DNA of 64,000 nucleotides from Eutreptiella sp. 'Long Island Sound 2002' (GCA_964036045.1 OZ038378.1:167586001-167650000); one strand, 5' to 3'; positions 14,075 to 27,788 are shown, numbered from the stretch's first letter. Numbers and translations are program-made. The notes: generated by a model from the sequence alone, not told the origin.

Positions 14075-14775
14075 CTAATCGATGGACAGGGCAGTGGTAT
14101 GGCAAGCCCCACTGGAAATGGGTGCGGGTTTCGTTCGAATTGAAACCGTCAGACTTTCATGTGATGTGCCTTGTCCTTGTACTTTTGTCGCAGTGAAGGT
14201 CCGAAAGAGGATTGATGCACAAACCCGAAAGTGGTCAGCCATGATGACGTTGGCACCCCTTGGCAGTGAGGCTCAATCAGTCAGGCATAAGCGAAGGCGT
14301 GTGTGCAGTACCTGACAACAGGGGAGATACTTGCAGAAATCTCAGAGGACCAAAATCGTCACAACTCAAGGCTCAGAAGAGGGGGGGGCGGGGGATGTTC
14401 GGCTGGGGATGATTTCGGCGGGGAAAACTTTGGCGCCTCCAAATGGTGCTGCCTTGTGGATAGTCGTTTACAGGAAACTCTATTGCCTATCGGCAAGGCA
14501 CCTCGAAGAGGGAGGGAGCACAGTCAGTCAATCAGTCAGTTCGTCATGAAGTCCATTCAGGAGCCCCCACCCCCATTCATACACCCAAACAGAGTGAAAA
14601 ACACATAAACAGGGTCCAAAACACGCTTAACATCGGATATTTGATCATTGCGAACGATCAGAACATCAAAAAAATCGGTTTCGAAATTTGCATTTTTGAG
14701 CTGCCAAGGGTAGAAAACTGCATAAGCAGGTTGTGCCCCCGCCCTTTGCCCCCTCTAATCACTCAAACAGGGTGA

Positions 14776-17495
14776 AAAACACATAAGAGGGTATTGCGCT
14801 CTTACTGTCCATAGGCCTGTATATGAAAAACACATAAGAGGGTATTGCGCTCTTACTGTCCATAGGCCTGTATATGAAAAACACATAAGAGGGTATTGCG
14901 CTCTTACTGTCCATAGGCCTGTATATGAAAAACACATAAGAGGGTATTGCGCTCTTACTGTCCATAGGCCTGTATATGAAAAACACATAAGAGGGTATTG
15001 CGCTCTTACTGTCCATAGGCCTGTATATGAAAAACACATAAGAGGGTATTGCGCTCTTACTGTCCATAGGCCTGTATATGAAAAACACATAAGAGGGTAT
15101 TGCGCTCTTACTGTCCATAGGCCTGTATATGAAAAACACATAAGAGGGTATTGCGCTCTTACTGTCCATAGGCCTGTATATGAAAAACACATAAGAGGGT
15201 ATTGGGCTCTTACTGTCCATAGGCCTGTATATGAAAAACACATAAGAGGGTATTGCGCTCTTACTGTCCATAGGCCTGTATATGAAAAACACATAAGAGG
15301 GTATTGGGCTCTTACTGTCCATAGGCCTGTATATGAAAAACACATAAGAGGGTATTGCGCTCTTACTGTCCATAGGCCTGTATATGCAAAACACATAAGA
15401 GGGTATTGGGCTCTTACTGTCCATAGGCCTGTATATGAAAAACACATAAGAGGGTATTGCGCTCTTACTGTCCATAGGCCTGTATATGAAAAACACATGA
15501 GAGGGTATTGCGCTCTTACTGTCCATAGGCCTGTATATGAAAAACACATAAGAGGGTATTGGGCTCTTACTGTCCATAGGCCTGTATATGAAAAACACAT
15601 AAGAGGGTATTGGGCTCTTACTGTCCATAGGCCTGTATATGAAAAACACATAAGAGGGTATTGCGCTCTTACTGTCCATAGGCCTGTATATGAAAAACAC
15701 ATAAGAGGGTATTGGGCTCTTACTGTCCATAGGCCTGTATATGAAAAACACATAAGAGGGTATTGCGCTCTTACTGTCCATAGGCCTGTATATGAAAAAC
15801 ACATAAGAGGGTATTGCGCTCTTACTGTCCATAGGCCTGTATATGAAAAACACATAAGAGGGTATTGGGCTCTTACTGTCCATAGGCCTGTATATGAAAA
15901 ACACATAAGAGGGTATTGCGCTCTTACTGTCCATAGGCCTGTATATGAAAAACACATAAGAGGGTATTGCGCTCTTACTGTCCATAGGCCTGTATATGAA
16001 AAACACATAAGAGGGTATTGGGCTCTTACTGTCCATAGGCCTGTATATGAAAAACACATAAGAGGGTATTGCGCTCTTACTGTCCATAGGCCTGTATATG
16101 AAAAACACATAAGAGGGTATTGCGCTCTTACTGTCCATAGGCCTGTATATGAAAAACACATAAGAGGGTATTGCGCTCTTACTGTCCATAGGCCTGTATA
16201 TGAAAAACACATAAGAGGGTATTGCGCTCTTACTGTCCATAGGCCTGTATATGAAAAACACATAAGAGGGTATTGGGCTCTTACTGTCCATAGGCCTGTA
16301 TATGAAAAACACATAAGAGGGTATTGCGCTCTTACTGTCCATAGGCCTGTATATGAAAAACACATAAGAGGGTATTGGGCTCTTACTGTCCATAGGCCTG
16401 TATATGAAAAACACATAAGAGGGTATTGGGCTCTTACTGTCCATAGGCCTGTATATGAAAAACACATAAGAGGGTATTGCGCTCTTACTGTCCATAGGCC
16501 TGTATATGAAAAACACATAAGAGGGTATTGCGCTCTTACTGTCCATAGGCCTGTATATGAAAAACACATAAGAGGGTATTGGGCTCTTACTGTCCATAGG
16601 CTTGTATATGAAAAACACATAAGAGGGTATTGCGCTCTTACTGTCCATAGGCCTGTATATGAAAAACACATAAGAGGGTATTGCGCTCTTACTGTCCATA
16701 GGCCTGTATATGAAAAACACATAAGAGGGTATTGCGCTCTTACTGTCCATAGGCCTGTATATGAAAAACACATAAGAGGGTATTGGGCTCTTACTGTCCA
16801 TAGGCCTGTATATGAAAAACACATAAGAGGGTATTGCGCTCTTACTGTCCATAGGCCTGTACATGCAAAACACATAAGAGGGTATTGGGCTCTTACTGTC
16901 CATAGGCCTGTATATGAAAAACACATAAGAGGGTATTGCGCTCTTACTGTCCATAGGCCTGTATATGAAAAACACATAAGAGGGTATTGGGCTCTTACTG
17001 TCCATAGGCCTGTATATGAAAAACACATAAGAGGGTATTGCGCTCTTACTGTCCATAGGCCTGTATATGAAAAACACATAAGAGGGTATTGGGCTCTTAC
17101 TGTCCATAGGCCTGTATATGAAAAACACATAAGAGGGTATTGGGCTCTTACTGTCCATAGGCCTGTATATGAAAAACACATAAGAGGGTATTGGGCTCTT
17201 ACTGTCCATAGGCCTGTATATGAAAAACACATAAGAGGGTATTGCGCTCTTACTGTCCATAGGCCTGTATATGAAAAACACATGAGAGGGTATTGCGCTC
17301 TTACTGTCCATAGGCCTGTATATGAAAAACACATAAGAGGGTATTGCGCTCTTACTGTCCATAGGCCTGTATATGAAAAACACATAAGAGGGTATTGGGC
17401 TCTTACTGTCCATAGGCCTGTATATGAAAAACACATAAGAGGGTATTGGGCTCTTAGTGTCCATAGGCCTGTATATGAAAAACACATAAGAGGGT
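14776..17495. repeat. 51-bp minisatellite, about 53 near-identical copies (gagggtattgSgctcttactgtccataggcctgtatatgaaaaacacataa)
   Basis: Period 51; main variant is C/G at one position; the 17-aa repeat ORFs arise because the unit lacks stops in three frames. Confidence 0.97.
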
Positions 17496-18102
17496 CTAAA
17501 CATGCACTGGCAATTATTTTTACCCCATTTTGACGGAGTTGACTCATTCGGGCCATCCCTTGTACACATATGTGTTGTCCAGTACCGTGCTGGAGCGCCT
17601 CGCCTTCAGCAATCTTCACACCCTCCCCTACGCACGCCGATGCCCTGATGGGGGGCTAGCCTTGCTTGAGGGCGCGGGTGGCTGTCTAAGGGCAAAGTGC
17701 TGCGAGTGGAGCCATTTTGGACCCTTCGGGAGCATTGCGAAGTCCAATTGTGGAGTTGCAAAGTGGAACAAGCCTTGTTGGCGGGAGCAAGGCAGTCGAC
17801 AACGCTTCCAGTGGCTTGACCATCTCGTGTTGTACCGGACTGGGGCGCGACGACGCTCCGGGCACCAACATCATTACTGGTTCACCAGTGGCAATGGGTA
17901 ACCCCAAAATCTGGCCAGTGACCGCCAGACGCTGGCCTACAACCGCCGGTCCCGGAGAGGCATTCGTCAAGTTTGTCCCATTCCTGGACACCAAACGGGA
18001 GATGCTTTCAAACATTGTTAATTTGCAAAACTCGACTCTGTTGAACACACAAACAAAGAGCCACTGAAGGATCCTGCTACACCGCCGACGCCCGAATGCC
18101 AC

Positions 18103-18345
18103 CTGCAGCTTCCGGGTCGAGCACATGAAGTCGGACACTTTTGGGGAGTAGCCTACGCTGTCGTGGGGGGCCTTCAGCACGACGCTGTGCTTGGGCATCA
18201 GATTGTGGGCGATGTGGAGGCTGTTGCCGGACTTCGGGGGGCGTGGGAAGGAGTTGGCCTTGGGCGGGTATTGGATGGTCTTGTCTGCATGAGCCTTGGA
18301 GAAGACTTCCGTGATGCCCTTGAAGAGTTTGTACAGCAGCCCGCC
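18103..18345 (-). CDS. Giant gene exon E15 (GGLLYKLFKGITEVF...STRKLQ)
   Basis: Acceptor CCTCAG|GGC, donor CAG|GTGGCA; 243 nt, high GC3. Confidence 0.85.
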
Positions 18346-19072
18346 CTGAGGAGGAGAGGATGGATGAGGATTGTGTAGAGGCCTCCAAAGGGATTATGGA
18401 GGGCCGAGGGGGCACTGCCGGCGGCAGGGCCCGGGAGCTGAGATCATCAGAGGTGTGGCAGAGAGAGGGTCGGTTGGAACGAAAAAAAGGGGGGGTCTGG
18501 TGGAACGAGGGACATCTGTGAGGGACCGGGGACGGTGCAGCACTGTCATGCGCGGTGAAGGCGGGGGCGTCCACAAGGGCATAAGGACCGGCTGGGACAT
18601 ACACCCGGTACAACGACACGGCACAGTCTCAGCCCGGGTTGGACGTGCCCGGACGGCGCCGCCAGAGGACTGCCTTTGTGTCACGCAGCTGCCAGGAACC
18701 GGCTCACCCCGAGGCACGTGACTGCGGGGCATTGATGTTGCATGTGGCACCCTCCTGCCACGGGGGGCAGGGGGGCTTGTCTAGACACCCTGCCCTCAGA
18801 TGGGCTCTATTATAACCGATACATTCTTAATACATGTGAAATGGGTCCGGTATTGTCAGGGGTGATGATTCGCTGACCAGCTCAGGGACCCCTACCCCCC
18901 GCTGACCCAAGCCCCACCCCCAAACCCCCAACGGACCGCTTCGCAGTTTTCAGGGGCTCTATTGACACCCCTTTTTCTCCAACAAATGAAGTCCCGCTTC
19001 GCGGACACGGGCCAAGCCGCCGGGCCAAGCCGCCAAGATGCCGGGAAGTCCAATTCTTGGCACATGGGCGAC

Positions 19073-19285
19073 CAGCTGGGGCCGACGGTGCCATGTAGCC
19101 ATCCTTCGCGGGAGTTCAAGCAGTTGGGCGTGGGCATCCGCCCCGATGCCAAGCATGGTGCTCCGGGCGCACTTTGACCCGGAGCAGGCGATCTTGCGGC
19201 ACATGGGCTGAGTGCCCACGCTCCGCATGCGGGAGGTGGCCAAAGTAACGCTTCCCTTGTTCAGGGTGTTGAGGTTGTTCAAGGG
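19073..19285 (-). CDS. Giant gene exon E14 (PLNNLNTLNKGSV...RSTMLGIGADAHAQLLELPR...)
   Basis: Acceptor CTCCAG|CCC in phase 0; high GC3. Donor uncertain (CTG|GTCGCC chosen as a phase-0 option). Confidence 0.65.
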
Positions 19286-19540
19286 CTGGAGGGCGGGGGG
19301 GGGGGGGGGATGTGGAGGGCGTGGATATTCCTCGCAAATATACCAAATATACCAACCGACGTCACTGTACATCTTCTTACCAGGAATCAAACCCAAGACC
19401 TACTGTCAACCAATTGCCTGTACTGCTGGGCTGTACTTAAGGGGTGGGGGGGGGGGAGGAGGCCTTCGTAGCGCCAACATGAACGAAATTTTACGGGGAC
19501 GCTCTCTGCTTCATGGTCATGGGACTTTCTCTACTTCAAA

Positions 19541-19596
19541 GGTTGGCGGTTGGCGGTTGGCGGTTGGCGGTTGGCGGTTGGCGGTTGGCGGTTGGT
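19541..19596. repeat. (GGCGGTT)n heptamer repeat
   Basis: Direct reading. Confidence 0.9.
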
Positions 19597-19885
19597 AGTC
19601 CCTGGGGGCTGTCCTAAAGGGCTGTCCTGAAAAAAAAATTGGAGCTTCTCAAGGACAGCCCTGCCAGTTGCATCACGTCCGAACCACCGGACTTGCAAAT
19701 CAATCGCACAAAAGGACAAAAGAGGGAGGGAAGGGGTGTCTGCATTTCAGCCCCGCATTTAAATCACAAGTGCAAAAGAGGAGTGCGGGTCGCAGTGCAG
19801 GTTGTAGCGGGTTGTTGGTTGTGGCGACAGGGGAAAGAGGTGTGGCACGTGCAGATGCCTCTCTGCCATCCAACTCGTTGGCGAC

Positions 19886-20177
19886 CCTCTTCTGATCGCT
19901 GCCGTGCAGCTTGGGCATTAGCGGGATCAGGTCTGGGTTATGCAGCAGCAGCTCGAGCACGGACGTCATGATGCGGGGCCGGCGGCGCTGTTTGTCCATG
20001 CGCTGAGTGGACAGGAACACAAAGGTGCGGGGGCTGGTCTGCTTGCACAGGCTGTACTTGCATGCGCCCGTCAGCAGGTTGTACAGGAACAGGAACTCGT
20101 CCTCCATGGAAGGGGTCTCACTCCAATACCCTTCCACATGCGACACAACGCGGCGATCCTTCATATTGGACTCCGGG
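19886..20177 (-). CDS. Giant gene exon E13 (PESNMKDRR...EFLFLYNLLTG...SDQKR)
   Basis: Acceptor TCTCAG|C (phase 2), donor AGG|GTCGCC. Confidence 0.85.
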
Positions 20178-21032
20178 CTGAGAGCGTACACAACGGATAC
20201 AGAGGTACAACGGGGGCACACACAGGGCACCCAGATAGCGCACAGGGCGGTACACGCAGGGGCTCGCACCACGGGAGTATGCGGGGTGCACACAAGGAGG
20301 TGCACGCAGGGGCTCACACAGGGCCTTACACCTATGCACACCGGGGGACTGCGTGCATACAGAGGGAATGCGAACACGGAAACTAAGCAGGGAGAGTAAT
20401 CCATTGGGGAATGAGGGGAGCCGGTATCTGCACCCAGGACAACGACAAGCGCGTTTCCAACTTCAGGATAGACATGTCCGGCGCGCAGACAGTGGGTGCG
20501 GACGGACCCTCCGGGCGACTCAACTTGTTCAACACGGCTATGCACGAAGAACTTCAGGGACCGTTTCACCCGGCGGCACGTGGCAGATTTCGCGTCCTGC
20601 AGGGGGGGGGGGGGGTGCCATAACAGCGGCGGAGTGAGTGTGCTGGTTGGTACTTCCGGGTGTACGCACTGGTTCGAGGTCTCAAGAGGGAGTTGTTCAC
20701 ATTGCCTGTCCCAAGCCACTGGGATTTTTGGGAGAGTGGGACACCGTTCCCTCTGCTCACAAGTGCTGCTTCTGCCCCTTGGCGTCCCTCCCACGCCGGC
20801 GCCGGCATGCGGCACATTCAGTCATTCCTATTACAAAGAATGGGAGAGGGAAATGCACCACAGGGCCAGAGGTCTCGGACCACCAAGTGGCCATCAGTGG
20901 TGCGTAGCTTACTCGGGCATTTTGCCAGTGTGGGGCGGGGCGGGGGTTGACACATGGTCGACAGGGGGTGCACAGAGGGTCAAACGGCAGTTTGCAGGTC
21001 ATCCACGGAGACTGGCACGCAACGAAGCACAC

Positions 21033-21421
21033 TTGTAACTGATCTTAGTGAAGCCCGTGCCCAGGTATTGCCAGGCGTATGGGGAGGCGGTGAGCGCCAT
21101 CGGATCCATCTTCAGCATCCACTGGCTCTCCTTCTTGCGGGGTGGCACGCGGACATGGAACGCGGCCTTGCTGTGGGCCAGGGCGTCCAGCTGGTTGATG
21201 CGGTTGCGGATGAGGCACTGCGACAGGACCGGCGTCTGCTGGGCATTTGTGATGCGCTGCAGCAGCATCTGGAGCTCGGCCTTGTGGGTGGACATGCCGG
21301 TGGCCTGCTGGATGGCCTTGGTGAGGTAGGCGTGCACGCGCTCCTGCGACTCTTCGTCTTCCTCCAGCTTGCGCTGGAACAAGTCGAAGCGGAACTGCCG
21401 GGTCACGATGTAGGCCACCAC
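21033..21421 (-). CDS. Giant gene exon E12 (VVAYIVTRQFRFDLF...GTGFTKISY)
   Basis: Acceptor GCGCAG|GTG, donor AA|GTGTGC (phase 2). Confidence 0.85.
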
Positions 21422-22299
21422 CTGCGCATGACCGTGGCAGACGCCAGGGGGAAACAGAGCCTCATGTTGTTGGGACGCCTTGCTGCCTGCGCCCGCCCCT
21501 GGAGCCGATTCACAACCCACAGCAGGCCGGGCCGAATCGGTTCTGCTGCGACCATCAGTTGATGATGGGAAGGCGCGCTGAGTGACGGGGTGTTGGGGGG
21601 GGGGATAAAAAGGCGGTGGGTTTGGCGGTTGGGAATTCCAGTTTCATGGATCTGATTGTGTTTGGTGGAGGTGTGCCTCCAGACTACGGCTGTGAGGGTG
21701 CGGGGGGGGGGGGGGACCAGAAAGGCGGGGGCGGGGGGAGGGGGGCAGTTGTTTGGGTGACAGTGGAACGTCTATTCCAATGCACACAACTGCAAGCGCA
21801 GCCTGGGCTGGAAGCCTTTCCCCGTCGGTGGGTGTGTTGCACTTTGGGGAAGCGTGCGAGCGCGGGTATGAGCGGGGCTGTTGTGTCGAGTCCCCGGCGA
21901 GCACTGCACAGCAATTGCCTCTTCAGACTTGTGAGGTCAATGGGGCCACCACTGCCATCGTCACAATAGACGAGTGAAACAATGAGGGAGCCCTGGATGT
22001 GTGAACGGACAGCGCCTATGAACAGTTCCAATGGGTACCCACGGGGGTATCCACTGGGCCCCAGTGAGTGTTGGTGGCACGTATTGATGCTGAAGTGGCT
22101 CTCCAATCGGTGTTTTGTTTACTTAGCTCCACATGAGAACGTGGCGTGTGGCCCCTATTTCGTGGCTCGGCTCAAAGCTATGCTACTGTTCGCGGCCGCC
22201 GTTTTTTGTCTCCTCAGCCCCTCCCGAGGTGCACTCGTCAGGGCACTGGGTGGAGGACTATCTTGGCCGTCCACTGCGGGGGGCAGCTTCCTATTTTTC

Positions 22300-22830
22300 T
22301 TCCTCGTAGTCCTCGCGGTGCACGCAGAAAGGCGCCGTGCAGAGAGGAGGGGCAGTGCAAAGAAATGAGGGGCACTGCAGCAAAGGCACCGTGCACAGGA
22401 GGTACGGTCCAGGGAACTGCAGAGGAGGGGCAGTGCGGCAAAGGTGAAGTGCAGAGGAGGGGCAGTGCGGCAAAGGTGAAGTGCAGAGGAGGGGCAGTAC
22501 ATAGAATGCGCAGGGCAGAGGAGGGCTCAGGGCAGAGAAAGAGAGAGAGGGGCAGTGCAGAGAAAGCGCAGTGCAGGGGAATGACTGTGCAGGGAAAGCA
22601 CAGGGCAAAAGGGGCAATGAACGGGAACGCGGAAGGCATCCTCCACATTGACAGGGTGACTCTGGAACAGACCCAATCCCACTGGACCCTGTGCTGTGCT
22701 GTGCAATGTGGAGTGGCAGTGAGAATCGCCATCTGCTCTTGATCTGCTGCAGATGTGTCACGCATTGGGAGGGCCCAGGGCAGAGGAAGGGCAGTGCAGA
22801 GGAGGGGCAGTGGAAGGTAGGGCAGTGCAG
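22300..22830. repeat. Degenerate purine-rich repeat (agaggaggggcagtgc-like)
   Basis: Direct reading. Confidence 0.6.
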
Positions 22831-22979
22831 AGGGGTCCGGTTTTATGGCTGTTTCTCCCAACGTATCATCCAGTGAGAGGCCACCAATTTGCCTCAGCCC
22901 GCCCGGTTTGGGTGTTGTTGGTGAGAGAGACGGGATGTCGGTGTCAGATCGGGTTGGGGCTGGACGACGCACACGCGAC

Positions 22980-23219
22980 CTTCTGCTTCTTCCAGAGGAG
23001 CTCCGCCTCCTCCGCGAGCACGTGCTGCGCATCCACGTCCAGCTGGCAGTGGGCCGAGAGGTGGCACAGCCCGGAAACGTACCGCGCGAGCTGCGTGGGC
23101 ATGTACCAGGGCGTCACGAGGGGACTTTCCAGCACCGCATGTGAGATCTTGCAGCGGATCGCCATCGCGTTGGGGTGCCCGTCTCGGAGCTTCCCAAGGG
23201 CTGCGAAGATCTGCTGCTC
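22980..23219 (-). CDS. Giant gene exon E11 (EQQIFAALG...LLWKKQK)
   Basis: Acceptor CTTCAG|GAG, donor AAG|GTCGCG; 240 nt. Confidence 0.88.
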
Positions 23220-23227
23220 CTGAAGCA

Positions 23228-23300
23228 AAGGAGGGAGGGAGGGAGGGAGGGAGGGAGGGAGGGAGGGAGGGAGGGAGGGAGGGAGGGAGGGAGGGAGTCA
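23228..23300. repeat. (GGGA)n microsatellite, forming the polypyrimidine tract of the E11 acceptor
   Basis: Direct reading. Confidence 0.9.
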
Positions 23301-23456
23301 GGGAGGGAGTCGGAGTAAAGCCCTTTGTGCAGTACAACCGCCTGTCCAGGACAGTTCATTTCGCTGCTGCTTGGACTTTGTATCATACACATTACCATAC
23401 ACAAAGAAAAGCAGCAACACCACAACCTCCACAACCCTGCACAACAATTTCAATTA

Positions 23457-23887
23457 CAGTCCCAGCAGAAATTACCAAAGGTCAAAATTAGCCAACGGCG
23501 CCCATTTTTTGGTTAATTTATTTTGGGGTGATATTTTGGTATCGTAGCAAAGGGGGCATCATCCTGCAGAGCCCCAGCAACACCATGTTGCCTTGCCCAA
23601 TCAGCTATTGTTTTGATGCACTCATCTCTCCAATTGTGCTGGGGAGCTGACAAACCAGGTCTCGCCCGGTACGCGTCCACCACCACCGTTGCAACAACAT
23701 GCCCATCCATGACAAAAGCACACCGCACAAGGAACACGGGCCTGCAGTAGAACAAATGATCAACGTCTTGGGGCCCAGGAATTGGGGGGAAACTACAATT
23801 ACCAAAACAACCTCAATTTTTGGTTAATTTCTTTTGGGTAGTATGTTTTTGGGTAATTTTTGCCTTTGGTAATTTCCGCTGGGACTG
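23457..23887. mobile_element. Tc1/mariner-type MITE (431 bp)
   Basis: TIRs CAGTCCCAGCAGAAATTACCAAAGG / CCTTTGGTAATTTCCGCTGGGACTG, each flanked by TA (23455-56, 23888-89); no coding capacity. Confidence 0.8.
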
Positions 23888-24765
23888 TACTTGTTGGTGG
23901 TACATCTTCCTGTTTTAGGGCTGAAAAAAATTTTCCAGGCTGCTTCGCAGCCAGAGTGAGACCAACTATGGCCCTACCCGTCACACCGCCAGGACCGCTG
24001 TCTTTCAAAACCAAGGTGCCTTGCCACACGTGATCCCCCAGATCAAATTCTCAGGATGGGGTGTGTTGCCGGGCGAATCGGGGCCCATGAGCTTTTCGCA
24101 AGCACAGGGCATGGGGGCGAATTACCCCGTACCATGTTGCGCACAAAGCCATAAATTGCGGAAACAGCGCATCGCATTGGAACCCGCGGACAACAATAGA
24201 ACAGCCTTCACCACTGATCTGCGGCAAACACCGTTTCCAGTGGGATTCAGAGGGGGAAAGGTCTGAAGGGGTCAAGCACCCAGCACTACAAAGCAACAAG
24301 GGAGCGTGCATCACGGCCCAGCAGACCATGCCAAACAACTGCAGATGCCCTCCGATGCCTGGGGTGGGGCTCCTTCTTGCGGTGCGTAGACTCCAAGAGA
24401 GTCAACCAACACTGGAATGCTGTATGGCAAAGCCGGCTGCCCCTGCTCATCTATGAGACCCGACAGGACTGTCCCTACCTCAAAAAAAAATGTCTTGTCC
24501 TATGGCATTTGGTACGCCAACGGAGGGCTGTTAACCACCAATGAACGTGAGTGGACCATCAAAGTCCTGCGCTGAAACGTCATCCGCTGGCGGCGAATCG
24601 CCGATGGCTAAAAAATTGTGTGTCAAAACTTTTCCGAAGTCTGGAAAACAAAAATTCTTATTCTTATGAAAACCCCTGGAGCCCCGAGAACCCCACGTCG
24701 CCGATATGGACGAACACCACAACGACGACCCTCATGACGACCAGCACAACAACGCCGACGACGAC

Positions 24766-24975
24766 CTCGTTGCTGAACTCGACGTCGGTGCCGATGCTGT
24801 CCACGAGGCGTGCCGCGTCCGCGTAGTCTCGGTATGCAAATCGCAGCCACAGCAGATACAGGCTGGAGGCCAGCGTGGGGCTGTGCAGGAACGACATGGA
24901 GACGTGTACGTGATACAAATAGTAGGCAGTCTCCAGGTTTGCCATCCAGTCCGGCGAATCACGAATCAACACGAG
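24766..24975 (-). CDS. Giant gene exon E10 (LVLIRDSPDW...YYLYHVHVSMSFL...EFSNE)
   Basis: Acceptor CTATAG|CTC, donor GAG|GTCGTC; 210 nt. Confidence 0.88.
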
Positions 24976-26825
24976 CTATAGAGCAATGGAAACGAGGCCG
25001 GAATGCAGACACACATATGGCCCCCGTATCGCCAGTGACCCCTGCCATGTGTTTTGTGCGACCTGCTCGTTGGCCAGATCTGGGGGGGGGGGGGGGCTGG
25101 GGGAGGCGGGGGTGAGAGTATAGCGTCTGGCTCCTTGCTCACAATTTCAGCAGTCTGTCGCTGTGGGGTACTCCCTTACCAGCGCCGACAGGCTTCACAT
25201 TCAACCACTCCCAGACGGTGAAGTTTGGTGGGTGCGCACCACCACCGATGTGGGAACACCAACACAGGGCGAGGGGGTGCAGGGTCACCCCGCCCCCAAA
25301 TACTAATAATAGTACTCACCTGCGAAGATCAAAGCTTTCATATTGGCATATCATTATCAAATGGGGCTGCAAACATTAAACTGGGGTCGATTTGACAGTC
25401 ACAGGCGGGTGGCATGTCAAATCACAGCGCAGGATAGGCCTGGCCCAACCATGTCTGGGCCGTTCTGGCCGTCATATGCCCGTTACTACCGGAACCAGTA
25501 CCGTGCTGGACAAATTCAATCTCGTGCCAGACAGAACAAGCCCCATTCTGGCCAAAAAAGCTCCATTCTGGCCAAAAAAGCTCCGTTCTGGCCAGCACAA
25601 GCCCCGTTCCGGCCGGCACAAACCAATCTGACACCTCATGGCAAGCCAATTCACCTGCCAATTTGGCATACTTGGATCCCTCTGCTTCCCTGCGCTGCCA
25701 CACTCAAAACAAGTGCGTTGGCTGCGCCCCATCCGGGGGGAATGAAATCCAGCAACACGCCCTGAAGTTGGGAGACCGCATTGCTACAGCCCAAGCTCTT
25801 GGTCCGATGTCTGCACGACAGAAGAAAATTTCTGTTCCGTGCCGACCGACCACACATTTCTTCAAAAAGGAACGGGCTGCACAAGCTGCACCCCCGGCCG
25901 ACCAGTGATGCAGTGGGCCATACGGAGATGCATCGTGATACGGAGATCTGCCGTGTCCAGTCGGTAACGCGCTGCGTGTGCTTCCGAAAGCAGTCACAGG
26001 CTCGGCGTTTGCACACCTGCGCATAGCAATTCTGCTGCGATTAAGTGGGTGGAATATCAAACCGATGTGGACAGTCTTCAGGGCGGGGATTCAGGCATGT
26101 TGCCCTTGGTTTTGGTGGTGAGGCGCGCGCCCCGCGTCTCATACGCCCGGCGATTCCCGGTGATTCTGTCTCTCTGGACTCAAATGAAATGGCGGGGCGG
26201 AGGGGGGGGGGGGAGGGGGATGGAAAAGCGGTGAAAGTGACTCTCCATCACTCAGCCCGACCGAGTGCAGTCAGCACGGCCCTCCCTGTGTCTCCAGCTT
26301 CGGAAGACCGGGGAGCCTGGCACCCATGACACCTGAGGGCCGTGGCACAGTATGAGGCCTCCCACACCATCTGTCAAGCAACAGTCTTTGTGCCTGCGTC
26401 GCCCACAACAGCCGGCCCAACGCTGTCATGCCCACATCCCCCCAGACTGCCGCCGTCGGTGACACAGACGCGCGGTCATGTGATGCCTTGCCTCGTGGGA
26501 CATTCCCTGGGGCTGTGATGGACGTGACCTGACCACGACCCGTGCACACGCAATTTCACTGATGGACTGGCCGCCGCGTCGGGCCTGGGGGCAGGGATGC
26601 CTTAGAAGGGAGGGCACCTCAGAGGCGGCCCCAGCAGCGGTTGGATGGTCGGTTGGAGGAGGTTGCCAAAGCGGTTGGGGGGGCGGTTACTGTCGGTTGT
26701 GGTTACAAATGCCATTGAGGCTGGCACTTGGTGTCAGGGGGACAGTGGCTGGGCATAGGCTGGGCGCCCTGGAGGGGGGGGGGCGGACCTCCCCCCTTCC
26801 AATGCATCCCTTCCTGGGGGCACAC

Positions 26826-27299
26826 CTCGGTGCTGAAGGGCGCGACGTTGATGGTGGGCCGCATGAAGTTGATGGCCGGCACGAGCATCCGGAGCTCCTG
26901 ATTGGGGTCGCACATGAACACCGAGTGCGGGATGCCGCGGCAGAGGGCGGTGACGAGGTCGTTGCGGGTGTTGCTGATGTACATGTTGGCGTGGTCCAGG
27001 GAGTACAGCCGCATCTCCGACGCCACCGGGTCCCACTTGGCGGTGAATGTGAGCTTGAGCCGCGGCAGGTGCACCCAATCGATGGTGAGCTGGTCCGAGG
27101 GGGCGTTGGCGGAGGCGTTCTTGGACCACACGAGCACGTGCGACAGGTTCTCAAGTCGCGAGATCAGCATCGCGAGGCTGTACAGCGCCGTGCCCTCCGG
27201 GGCGTACATGAGGTTCAGTAGGAGACGCTCCTCTGTGATAGTGCGCTTGCGGATGTTGCCCTCCAGCGGCACGAGCTTGATGCGCGCTGCAAGGGAGCC
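26826..27299 (-). CDS. Giant gene exon E9 (GSLAARIKLVP...EERLLLNLMYAP...APFSTE)
   Basis: Acceptor GTCTAG|GGC (phase 0, matches E8), donor GAG|GTGTGC; 474 nt. Confidence 0.88.
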
Positions 27300-27788
27300 C
27301 TAGACAGGGGCAGGGCGGGTGGGGGGGGGGGGGCGTTGGAGCACAGGATAGCAGTGAGGGAGCACAGCAGTGATGGAGCACAGGGGGGCACAAGGGAGCA
27401 GTGGGCAGTCGCCGTCAAAAGCCCCTTTCGCCTTGCCAACGGGGGCAGCCTCGGAGACAGCAACTTGCTGTCAGCAGCAGTGCCCCTCTCCATTATTGGA
27501 TGGGATGGGATGGGATTGTGTTGCATTGGATTGGGTCGGATTGCATTGGATTGCATTGGATTGGATTGGTTTGGATCCGTCCTCTGCCGTGCTCTCCCTC
27601 ACGGGTATACGTGAGTCCAGTTGCTGTCTGTATGCCCTCCGTGAAGGTGCTACTATCGGGACAGTGCACTCACCTTTGGGGCCCACAACAACCCCCGGGT
27701 ATTGTGGGGCTGGATGGACACTGGTCGACTCCCCTGGACAGTCCGCCTGAGGCTGTGGCACATGTTTGAATTTACATGACACGTGTTG

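Noticed and set aside
14755-17619. 954/936/678-aa 17-residue repeat ORFs; also considered as a CRISPR-like array
   Set aside because: Pure 51-bp tandem repeat with no unique spacers and no coding context.
25320-25341. ATG mini-exon (MKALIFA) with a perfect CAG|GTGAGT donor on the - strand
   Set aside because: Phase 1, incompatible with the next exon E10 (phase 0); sits in repeat-like sequence; no support as an alternative first exon.
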